A DNA stretch of 39,482 nucleotides from Planctomycetota bacterium (GTDB lineage: Bacteria; Planctomycetota; B15-G4), in assembly GCA_038212275.1 (NCBI GenBank), contig JBBQUR010000030.1:1-39482 (forward strand). Direction: 5' to 3'. Position numbers and translations under genes: made by a program. The notes under the pieces were generated by a model. It saw only the letters and a program-made list of their open reading frames with translations, ran no database searches and was not told the origin of the DNA. Shown piece by piece: positions 12,036-20,015 of this stretch (the first letter of the stretch is position 1; every line of letters begins with the position of its first letter).

Positions 12036-12560
12036 TCAGCGATCCATGATCGGCAGATAGGCGCGCCACGGGCCGACGGCGTCGCGATACTGCTTCGCGA
12101 GGACGCGGGCCACCTGCGCCACGTGGCCGAGATCGTGCGCGACCCACGTGGCCAGCAGCTGGCGCAGCGTGACGGTGCCGAAGGCGGGGTGTTCGCCCGG
12201 CAGGTCCAGCTGCGCGTCCGAGAGGTCGAAGCCGTCGAGCGCGACGAGGTTGTCCGCGCGCAGGCGCGCGAAGTCCTCCAGCAGCACGGGCAGGGACTTC
12301 CCCGCGCTTTCATGGACGTGAGCGAAGCGATCGACGGGAGCGAAGCGGGGGGCGGCGCCGCGCGCCAGAATGATCCGCACCCGAGGAATCCAGTCGCTGC
12401 GCTCGCCGTGGATCAGGTGCCCGAGGACGCCGGTGGGGCTCCACGTGTCCGGGCCTTCGGTCGCCTCCGCCCAGTCGGGCGGGAGGTCGTCGAGCAGCGC
12501 GTGCAGGGTGCGCGGCGTGCGCTGCAGCAGCGTGCGGGCGTCGTCGAGTGCGAGCTTCAT
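12036..12560 (-). CDS. DinB family protein
   Basis: TWSP..VLGHLIHGE..DWIPR, HPAFG.VTLRQLLATWVAHDLGH and VGPWRAYL motifs. Confidence 0.9.
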   Translation of the reverse strand: MKLALDDARTLLQRTPRTLHALLDDLPPDWAEATEGPDTWSPTGVLGHLIHGERSDWIPRVRIILARGAAPRFAPVDRFAHVHESAGKSLPVLLEDFARLRADNLVALDGFDLSDAQLDLPGEHPAFGTVTLRQLLATWVAHDLGHVAQVARVLAKQYRDAVGPWRAYLPIMDR

Positions 12561-12961
12561 GCGGCCTCGTGCTGGAGCACGACACGGTAGCCATCCGGAT
12601 CTTCGTAGGTGCGGCCGCGCCTGTCCCAGTAGGGATTGAGCGACGGCACCGGCTTGTGGCCTGCTTGCTCCATGCGTGCCACGGCGGCGGACCACTGCGC
12701 CGCGTCGGGCAGGTAGAAGACCAGCAGGTGCTCCGGCCCGGGAGCGCGGCCGGCCACGTGCCCGGCATGGCGCGTGAACTCCAGGTGATATCCCGCGTCG
12801 CGGTGGCCGAGCATGAGGCCGTCGAAACCATCGTGGTCGCGGAACTCCGAGAGCAGCTCGAAGCCGAGGCCGTCCCGGTAGAAGGCGAGCAGCGCGGCGA
12901 GGTCGTCGGTGGGGCGCGCGACGCGGAGGTGGGCCGTGCCGAGCGCGGTGTGTGCGTCCAT
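12557..12961 (-). CDS. VOC / glyoxalase family protein (YycE-like)
   Basis: LRVARPTD..FYRDGLG, HDGFDG, YHLEFT, LLVFYLPD and NPYWD..TYEDPDGYRVVL motifs. Confidence 0.92.
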   Translation of the reverse strand: MDAHTALGTAHLRVARPTDDLAALLAFYRDGLGFELLSEFRDHDGFDGLMLGHRDAGYHLEFTRHAGHVAGRAPGPEHLLVFYLPDAAQWSAAVARMEQAGHKPVPSLNPYWDRRGRTYEDPDGYRVVLQHEAA

Positions 12962-12970
12962 CACCTGCCC

Positions 12971-13498
12971 TCAGAGCGGGAGCTTGACGTCGTAGCGAGT
13001 GCGCAGCGTGTCCAGATGATGCCGCACGTGACCCGCCATGATGAAGGCCAGCGCGCGCACGCTGATGGCGTGGCCGTTCGCGAGGCCGCGCGCGGTCCAC
13101 GTCGCGTCGTCGAGCGCGCGCAGCATGCGCAGGTTGGCCTCGCGCAGGAAGACCAGCTCATCGACGAGATCGGTCAGCGGCGTGACGTGCGAACGCGCGG
13201 CGGACACGTAGGCGTTCTCGTCGAAACCCGGCAGCGGCGTGGCGTCGCCGTGGCTGAAGGCGAAGGCCCGGAAGCCGAATACGCGCTCGCCGTCGCCGAG
13301 ATGACCGACGAGCTGGCGGATGCTCCACTTGCCCGGCGCGTAGGCGAAGCTCTCGCGCGCCGGCGACACGAGCGCGGGCAGGCGCCGGAGCGTCTCGAGC
13401 TGCGCGGCAAGCACCGGCAGGATCTCCGCCTCCGGCACGCGGCCGATGTAGCCGGCGTAGAACGGCGCGTATTCGTCGGGGTTCGGGCGCCTCGTCAC
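12971..13498 (-). CDS. DinB family protein (DinB_2)
   Basis: RP..DEYAPFYAGYI, YAPGKWS..LVGHL.DGERVF..RA, LPGFDEN and AGHVRHH motifs. GTG start overlaps the upstream stop. Confidence 0.9.
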   Translation of the reverse strand: MTRRPNPDEYAPFYAGYIGRVPEAEILPVLAAQLETLRRLPALVSPARESFAYAPGKWSIRQLVGHLGDGERVFGFRAFAFSHGDATPLPGFDENAYVSAARSHVTPLTDLVDELVFLREANLRMLRALDDATWTARGLANGHAISVRALAFIMAGHVRHHLDTLRTRYDVKLPL

Positions 13499-13668
13499 GC
13501 GCTCGTCCCCTTCGCTCCGGCTTCCTGTGCCGTCATGCGGTCCCCCTCGCAGCGCCCGCGGCACGCGAGACCCTTTTCGAACTCCACGGCGCAGGCCGCG
13601 CACACGCCGCGCAGGCATGACTTGCAGCAGCGGACGGCCTCGCGTTGCTGGTGCTGGAAACAACTCAT
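13495..13668 (-). CDS. Small B-box-like Cys/His zinc-finger protein (57 aa), possibly truncated
   Basis: MSCFQH..EAVRCCKSCLRGVCAACA..GLACRGRCE. The stop overlaps the DinB GTG start. Confidence 0.6.
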   Translation of the reverse strand: MSCFQHQQREAVRCCKSCLRGVCAACAVEFEKGLACRGRCEGDRMTAQEAGAKGTSA

Positions 13669-13910
13669 GATCTGGACGGTGCCTCCGTGAAGCCGGCTGT
13701 GGCGGGCCGGACTGATGGCCTGATCACACCATCCGAGACCGATGCTGGCCAGAGCACGCAACAGCCCCGTCGCCCGCGGCGCCGGCCGTCGTTATGCTCC
13801 CGGTCCTGGCGCGTCGGCTGCGCCGGTGGCGCCGGGCGGTGCTGCCGCAGATCACCACGATTTCCAGCAGTGGCCGCGGCCCGCGCGCCGCGCACTCATC
13901 GGAGCCTGCC

Positions 13911-15203
13911 ATGTCCGCCATCGTGATCACCGACGAAGCCCGCCACTGGCAGGCCGTCGCGCACAAGGTCGCCGAGGAAGTCGTGCGGCCCATCGCGAAG
14001 CATTTCGACGAGGTGCAGGAGTATCCGGAGGAGTTGCGCCGCGCCTACATCGAGAGCGGGCTGCTCGGCGTATGGATTCCCAAGGAGTACGGCGGCCACG
14101 GCGCGGGCATCGTCGCGCTGTGCCTCGTCGTCGAGGAGTTGTCGCGGGCGTGCGGTGCGACCGGCGTCGCGTACGCGGTCAACGCGCTGGGCAGCTTCCC
14201 GATCCTCGTCGGCGGCACGGAAGAGCAGAAGAAGCACTACCTGCCGCAGATCGCGAAGGGCGAGAAGATGATCGCCTTCTGTCTCTCCGAGAAGTTCGCG
14301 GGCAGCGATGCGGGCGGCATGCGCTGCCAGGCGCGCCTCTCCAAGGGCACCGGCGCCGGCGGCAGCGACGAATACATCATCAACGGCGAAAAGAAGTGGA
14401 CCACGAACGGCGGTGTGGCCTCGATCTACACCGTCTTCGCCGTCACCGACGCCACCAGCAAGAGTCGCCGCATCAGTGCGCTCATGGTGGAGAAGGGCAC
14501 GCCCGGTTTCAGCGTCAAGAAGATCGAGGACAAGATGGGCATCCGCGCCGTGCCCGTCGTCGAGACGCACTTCGACAACGTGCGCGTGCCGGCTTCCGCG
14601 CTGCTCGGCGGCCGTCCCGGCATGGGCTTCCGCCACGCGATGAACACGCTGGATTTCGCGCGGCCGGGCGTCGCCGCACAGGGCCTCGGGCTGGCGCAGG
14701 GCGCACTGGAATACGCCGTGACCTACGCGCTGCGCCGCCAGCAGTTCGGGCAGAACCTGGCGAGCATGGGCACCATCCAGGACATGCTCGGCTCGATGGC
14801 TGCCAAGGTGGAGGCCGCGCGCGGGCTGGTCTATCGCGCCGCCACGGCGGTGGACCTCAAGGACGAGGCCTCCATCAACCGCCTCGCCGCGATGTGCAAG
14901 AGCTTCGCGACCGACGTCGCCATGGAGGTCACCACCGACGCGGTGCAGATCTTCGGCGGCTACGGCTACATGAAGGACTATCCGATCGAGAAGTACATGC
15001 GCGACGCGAAGATCACGCAGATCTACGAGGGCACCAACCAGATCCAGCGCATGGTCATCGCGCGCAACCTGATCAAGAGCGCGGGCGACTTCAGCTATCT
15101 CGAGAACTACATCCCGCGCGAGACCTACAACAGCTACCACGCTGAGCCGGACGTCGCGCCCGACTCCGCGACGGATGGCAGCGTCTCCGCAGCGGCGCGC
15201 TGA
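13911..15203 (+). CDS. Acyl-CoA dehydrogenase
   Basis: IPKEYGG, AFCLSE..AGSD, INGEKKWTTNG, KMGIR, RQQFG and QIFGGYGY..YPIEKYMRDAKITQIYEGTNQIQR motifs. Confidence 0.95.
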   Translation: MSAIVITDEARHWQAVAHKVAEEVVRPIAKHFDEVQEYPEELRRAYIESGLLGVWIPKEYGGHGAGIVALCLVVEELSRACGATGVAYAVNALGSFPILVGGTEEQKKHYLPQIAKGEKMIAFCLSEKFAGSDAGGMRCQARLSKGTGAGGSDEYIINGEKKWTTNGGVASIYTVFAVTDATSKSRRISALMVEKGTPGFSVKKIEDKMGIRAVPVVETHFDNVRVPASALLGGRPGMGFRHAMNTLDFARPGVAAQGLGLAQGALEYAVTYALRRQQFGQNLASMGTIQDMLGSMAAKVEAARGLVYRAATAVDLKDEASINRLAAMCKSFATDVAMEVTTDAVQIFGGYGYMKDYPIEKYMRDAKITQIYEGTNQIQRMVIARNLIKSAGDFSYLENYIPRETYNSYHAEPDVAPDSATDGSVSAAAR

Positions 15204-15236
15204 AGCGCGCGACGCCGCGACCCGCCGGGGCTCGAT

Positions 15237-16892
15237 TCAGTAGGGGCTGCCCTTCTTCTTCTTGGGCTTGGGGGCCGCCTTGGGCGCGGCCTTGGGCTTG
15301 GGCGCCGACTTGCCCTTGAAGGTGCCAAGGCCCTTGGGCTTGCCGATGGCCTTGGATTTCGCGGCCTGTTTGGCCTTGGCCTTCTCGAGCAGGTCGATGC
15401 CGTAGATCGGCGGTGGCACCACGTTGTCGAGCGGCGTGGCGGTGGGCTTCGCGGCCTCCAGCGCCAGGAGCAGTTCGCGCTGCGACTGCAGCAGCTGCCA
15501 GCGCGACCACGCCGAGTCGTCGACGTCCTCGCGTTCGCCGACGATGCCGTCGAGCCGGGCGCCGAACAGTGCGCCCATCGTGTCGAGGTCCAGGATGCGC
15601 CGCCGGATGAGCTGCTCCTGCGCGTCGGCGAGTGCGTCGAAGGTCTCGGGGTCGGGGTCGGTCGTGTACCACTGCTGCTCGAGCTCGGCGCGGCGCGACA
15701 CGATCTTCACCTTCTTCTCGAGCGCCGCCTTGCTGGGCGACGCGATCAACTCGGCATTCACCTTGTCGAGCTCTTCGCCGAGCTGCGTGTCCTGCTCCGC
15801 GACCTTGCTCAGGTCCGCCTTCTCCAGGAGCTCCGACTGCAGGGCGACGACCTGCCCGGTCAGCTCCTCGGCAGGCGGCAGCGGCGCGGCGGCCTGCAGC
15901 GGCACGGCCAGGAGGCCCACGATCTCCGTCATGACGCGCGTGCGGAGCTCGGGGTTGGAGAGCACGAGCACCGCGAGGTCGCTCGCTTCCGCCGCGGGCT
16001 CGGGGACCTGCTCGTGCAGCATGGCGATGAGATCGGGGATCGTGCCCTCATCCAGCGTGCCGCGGCGGAGATCCCACGCCCGGTGCGTGAGCGTGGTGAA
16101 CATCGCGCCGCGATCCGTCAGTTCGTCGCGGATGCCGACGGCACGGTCGCGCGCCGCCCAGTCCTCCGACTTCAGGAAGCTCTGATTGAACTGCTGCATT
16201 TTTTCCAGCGGCTTCGTGTCGCGCGTGGATTCGTAGGCGCGCAGCAGGGCTGCGTAGAATTTCAGTGCGGCAGGCGCGGTGCCGGGCGCCTGGGCCGGGT
16301 CGGGCATCGCCAGCGGCTTGATCGAGAATTGTCCGGCGATCGCATGACTGGTCCGGTCCTGCTCGATGCGGAGGCGGCGCGTCTTGCGGTAGCCGTGGAG
16401 CGTCTCCGGATCCTCGAGGCCCAGCGAGTTGGCCTCGAACTCCTGAACCTGCAGTTCGAGCGCGAGCACTTCGCGCGCTTTGACGGCATAGGCCCTGGCG
16501 GCCGTTGAAATGGGGGCGGCAAGCTGCGCATCCGCGTCCTGCCCGGCCGGAGGCTTGGCTGCCGCGGCGGCCTGACCCTCGGGCACCTGGCCGCCAAGGA
16601 CTTGCTCGGCCGAGGCGGCGGCCTTGGCCGCGCGTGCCGCTTCGAGCCTGGGCCGCGATTCGGCCTGTGAGGCCGGCGCCGCCGGCGCATGCGCCGCGCC
16701 GGAGGCAGCGGCGGCCGCCTTGGCCGCCCGCGCGGCATCCTTCTCCTCCTGGGTGCGCGGGTCCTTCGCCGCTGGGGCCTCGGCTTCCTGCGATGCGTCT
16801 GGCGCAGGTGCAGCCTCTGGCACCGACTCCGGTCCGGGAGCCTCCTGACAGCGAGCGTTGGTGCTGATCGCCATCAGCGCCAGCACGAGCAC
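15237..16892 (-). CDS. Hypothetical exported, alpha-helical / coiled-coil protein with Lys-rich tail (start uncertain)
   Basis: Long open frame with protein-like composition. Signal-like VLVLALMAISTNARC, Ala/Pro linker, acidic helical core, C-terminal KPKAAPKAAPKPKKKKGSPY. Confidence 0.7.
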   Translation of the reverse strand: MLVLALMAISTNARCQEAPGPESVPEAAPAPDASQEAEAPAAKDPRTQEEKDAARAAKAAAAASGAAHAPAAPASQAESRPRLEAARAAKAAASAEQVLGGQVPEGQAAAAAKPPAGQDADAQLAAPISTAARAYAVKAREVLALELQVQEFEANSLGLEDPETLHGYRKTRRLRIEQDRTSHAIAGQFSIKPLAMPDPAQAPGTAPAALKFYAALLRAYESTRDTKPLEKMQQFNQSFLKSEDWAARDRAVGIRDELTDRGAMFTTLTHRAWDLRRGTLDEGTIPDLIAMLHEQVPEPAAEASDLAVLVLSNPELRTRVMTEIVGLLAVPLQAAAPLPPAEELTGQVVALQSELLEKADLSKVAEQDTQLGEELDKVNAELIASPSKAALEKKVKIVSRRAELEQQWYTTDPDPETFDALADAQEQLIRRRILDLDTMGALFGARLDGIVGEREDVDDSAWSRWQLLQSQRELLLALEAAKPTATPLDNVVPPPIYGIDLLEKAKAKQAAKSKAIGKPKGLGTFKGKSAPKPKAAPKAAPKPKKKKGSPY

Positions 16893-16991
16893 TGAGGCGG
16901 CGAAGCACGAGTTCGCCCGGGCGGTCAGGCGAGTCAGGCGCTGCCACCGAGCCGCCGGGGCGTCCCGACCGGGGCGGGAGCCGTCGGCAGT

Positions 16992-17020
16992 TTGGGATCC
17001 GCGCCCCGTGCCGCTAGAAT
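16992..17020 (+). promoter_or_regulatory. Putative sigma70 promoter TTGGGA-N17-TAGAAT for the bL37-like gene
   Basis: -35 at 16992-16997 and -10 at 17015-17020, with exact 17-bp spacing. Confidence 0.5.
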
Positions 17021-17105
17021 CCGCCCCTCCATTTTTCCCAGCATCGAACTCCAGCGGACCGCTGCCAGCCCGGCGCCGGTCGTGCCCCTGCCCCGGAAGG
17101 CCGTC

Positions 17106-17204
17106 ATGGCGAAGAACAACCGCAAGATGAAGAAGGCCAACCACGGCAAGCGGCCCGCGAGCCAGAAGCAGCGGCGCAAGCGGCTCAACAAGATCCGCAC
17201 CTGA
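17106..17204 (+). CDS. Small basic protein, 50S ribosomal protein bL37-like (32 aa)
   Basis: MAKNNRKMKKANHGKRPASQKQRRKRLNKIRT contains the KANHGKRP core of bL37. GGAAGG RBS and promoter upstream. Confidence 0.8.
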   Translation: MAKNNRKMKKANHGKRPASQKQRRKRLNKIRT

Positions 17205-17241
17205 TCCGCGCGCTTCGGCGCCATCCCAGAGCGCGTCAGCG

Positions 17242-18030
17242 TCAGCCGGCATGCCGGCCGCGCAGGAATGACTTGTCCTCCCAGGCCCGGGAGATGCGGC
17301 GGATCGCGTCGTTGACATCATCGGTCACGTGGACGAGGTTCAGATCCTCGGCCGAGATCAGTCCGTGCGCCAGCATGTTGGTGCGCATGAGCTCGACCAC
17401 GGGAGTCCAGAAGGCCGTGCCGACGAGCACCACCGGGAAGGGCGCGATCTTGCCGGTCTGTATGAGGGTAATCGCCTCGAACAGTTCGTCAAAGGTTCCG
17501 AATCCGCCCGGGAAGATGCAGAAGCCGCACGAGTACTTCACGAACATCACCTTGCGCACGAAGAAGTAGCGGAACTGCAGGACGACATCCTGGTAGTCGT
17601 TGGGGTCCTGCTCGTCGGGCAGCGTGATGTTCAGGCCGATGGACAGACTGCGGCCCTCGAGCGCGCCCTTGTTGGCGGCCTCCATGATGCCGGGCCCGCC
17701 GCCGGTGATGACGTTGAAGCCCGTCTGCGAGAGGCCGCGGGCCAGCGCCTGCGCCTGGAGGTAGGTGGGGTGATCGGGCTTCGTGCGCGCCGAGCCGAAG
17801 ATGGTCACGGCGGGGCGGCAGGTTTCCAGGCGCTCCGTGGCCTCCACGAACTCGCCCATGATGCGGAAGAGGCGCCACGCCTCGGGCGCCTTGAAGTCGT
17901 CCACGGCGGCGTAGTTCCACGCGCCGGGCTTGCGCGGGCGGCGCGGCCGACGCGCGGGCGCTCCCGAGCCGTTGGCTGAAGCATCATCCCCGTCGTGCGG
18001 AGCCTGCGGGTTGCGCCGGTGGTTGTTCAC
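17242..18030 (-). CDS. LOG family protein (TIGR00730 Rossmann fold, nucleotide phosphoribohydrolase)
   Basis: WRLFRIMGEF, VTIFGSAR, TGGGPGIMEAANKGA, FRYFFVRKVMF and PGGFGTFDE motifs. Confidence 0.93.
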   Translation of the reverse strand: MNNHRRNPQAPHDGDDASANGSGAPARRPRRPRKPGAWNYAAVDDFKAPEAWRLFRIMGEFVEATERLETCRPAVTIFGSARTKPDHPTYLQAQALARGLSQTGFNVITGGGPGIMEAANKGALEGRSLSIGLNITLPDEQDPNDYQDVVLQFRYFFVRKVMFVKYSCGFCIFPGGFGTFDELFEAITLIQTGKIAPFPVVLVGTAFWTPVVELMRTNMLAHGLISAEDLNLVHVTDDVNDAIRRISRAWEDKSFLRGRHAG

Positions 18031-18269
18031 TGCGTTGCGACGGCCGCTCGAAGCAAGCGGCCGAGGTCCTGTAGAGAATGAGAACGCGGACTGTCGGCAG
18101 CCCTGCTGCCCCGGTGAGGCGGACCCGTTCTTTCGGCCGGCGGTGTGCGCCGGCTTGAACCCGGCGCCGCGCCGAGGCGCCGGAATGCGCAGCGCTGCGA
18201 CGCGTCCCGCCCCGCGGGCCGAGCACGGGCCTGTCGCCTTCGGCCGGCGCGTCGGACACAATCGCGCGC

Positions 18270-18460
18270 TTCGGGCATCCGGGCAGCGCGTCGAGCGGCA
18301 GACGGATGGAGGCGTGGTCGTGAGCTTCACCACGGCTGCGCTCTTCGAGATCGAGCGCCAGGTGCTGCGCCACGGCGGCCGCGTGGAAGTGCTCGAGCCG
18401 ACGTCGCTGCGGGCGAGCGTCGGCGCCACGGCTGCGGCCATCGTGGCAACGCATCGCTGA
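18270..18460 (+). pseudogene. Orphan C-terminal (WCX-like) fragment of a WYL-domain regulator
   Basis: QRVERQTDGGVVVSFTTAALFEIERQVLRHGGRVEVLEPTSLR resembles the PafB/PafC-type tail. No HTH or WYL domain recognisable upstream. Confidence 0.6.
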
Positions 18461-18664
18461 GTGCGGCGAGTGACGCCCGGGCCCGACGGGCAGCAGTCCA
18501 CCCCTTCTCGGGTTCCCCTGCGACTGAGGAAGGACCCGGGCGTCGGGCGTGAGAATCCCGGGCGACCGTGGACAAGCAGTGTCCATGGCCCGGCAGAACC
18601 TCTGATGGCAGAGGTGCGCGGGCGGGTGGTAGTGTCCGCGGGCCAGAGCCGACCATCCGTCCCC

Positions 18665-18705
18665 TCGCCAGCCGTCCTTTCGATCGCCAGCCGTCCTTTC
18701 GATCG
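18665..18705. repeat. Perfect 19-bp tandem duplication TCGCCAGCCGTCCTTTCGA
   Basis: Read directly. Confidence 0.9.
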
Positions 18706-18798
18706 ATGGCGGAGCAACACATGGCGCAGATCCTCGGCCTGAAGCTGAAGGGCGGCGACGGACTTCACGCTCAGGCGCGACGCTGCACAGGAGTCCGC

Positions 18799-19539
18799 AT
18801 GAGCGCGGCTGAGTCACCGTTCCTGACCGCGCAGTGGCGGCATCTGGCGATGCTGAACTTCGAGATCGGGCCTGACGTGCTGCAGCCCTTCGTGCCCGCG
18901 GGCACGGAGCTGGATTCATGGCAGGGCCGGAGCTTCGTGAGCATCGTCGGGTTCCGTTTTCTCGACACGCGCGTGCTCGGTGTCGCGATCCCCTTTCACC
19001 GCAACTTCGACGAAGTGAATCTGCGTTTCTACGTGCGGCGGAAGGTCGGTGACGAGTGGCGACGCGCGGTCGTCTTCGTGAAGGAGATCGTTCCGCGCGC
19101 CGCGATCGCGTGGACGGCGCGGGCGCTCTACGGCGAGAACTACGTCGCGACGCGCATGCGGCACTGCATCGAACCCGTCGGGGGCGCCGCGGTGTTTCCG
19201 CAATCGGTGTCGTATGCCTGGTGGTGGCGCGGACGCGAGCACCGCATCGAGCTCACGCTCGAGGGCGAGCCGCGCGACGTCGCGGCGGGCAGCGCTGCGG
19301 AGTTCATCACGGAACACTCCTGGGGTTACGCGCGGCGGCGCGGCGGGCACACCACCGAGTACCGGGTCGAGCATCCGCGCTGGAGGGTGAGCCCCGCCGT
19401 GACGGCGCGACTCGAGTGTGATGTGGCCACCGTCTACGGCGCACGCTTCGTCGAGTGCCTGCAGGCGCCGCCAGCCTCTGCGTTCCTCGCCGACGGTTCG
19501 GAAGTGAAAGTGTTCAAGGGTGGGCGGATCCCCTCGTGA
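18799..19539 (+). CDS. YqjF / DUF2071 family protein
   Basis: FLTAQWRHLAMLNF, FVSIVGFRF, FDEVNLRFYV, FITEH.WGY and EYRVEHPRW motifs. Confidence 0.9.
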   Translation: MSAAESPFLTAQWRHLAMLNFEIGPDVLQPFVPAGTELDSWQGRSFVSIVGFRFLDTRVLGVAIPFHRNFDEVNLRFYVRRKVGDEWRRAVVFVKEIVPRAAIAWTARALYGENYVATRMRHCIEPVGGAAVFPQSVSYAWWWRGREHRIELTLEGEPRDVAAGSAAEFITEHSWGYARRRGGHTTEYRVEHPRWRVSPAVTARLECDVATVYGARFVECLQAPPASAFLADGSEVKVFKGGRIPS

Positions 19540-20015
19540 GCGCGCGGGCAACGGAACCGCTCGGCTGGGTGCTGTACGACGACTCCTGCGGATTCTGCCG
19601 CCGCTGGGTCCCGTTCTGGGCACCGACGCTGCGCAGGCGGGGCTTTTGCATCGCGCCGCTCCAGGCAGCTTGGGTCGTGCGGCGCCTCGGCGCATCGCCG
19701 GAGGATCTGCTGTCCGATCTGCGCATGCTGCTCGCCGACGGCACGCCTTTGCGCGGCGCCGATGTCTACCGCCACGTCCTGCGGCGGATCTGGTGGGCGT
19801 ATCCGCTGTACCTGTTCTCGGTGACCCCGCTGCTGCGGCACGTGTTCGATGGGGGCTACCGCACCTTCGCCCGCTATCGTTATCGCTTCTCGCGCGCGTG
19901 CCGGCTCCCCGCAGGACCGGACGCCGGCATCGACACGACTTCCTCTCACGGGAAACCCGCATGGCCCGACAGCGACCAGCCGCCAACTCCAGCGCGACAC
20001 GAGCCACGCAAGTGA
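19536..20015 (+). CDS. DCC1-like thiol-disulfide oxidoreductase (DUF393)
   Basis: VLYDDSCGFC (DxxCxxC) and GY..FAR.RY motifs. GTGA overlap with the upstream gene. Confidence 0.85.
   Translation: MSARATEPLGWVLYDDSCGFCRRWVPFWAPTLRRRGFCIAPLQAAWVVRRLGASPEDLLSDLRMLLADGTPLRGADVYRHVLRRIWWAYPLYLFSVTPLLRHVFDGGYRTFARYRYRFSRACRLPAGPDAGIDTTSSHGKPAWPDSDQPPTPARHEPRK

Noticed and set aside
18706..18760. MAEQHMAQILGLKLK as a remnant DinB C-terminus
   Set aside because: Too short to distinguish from chance.
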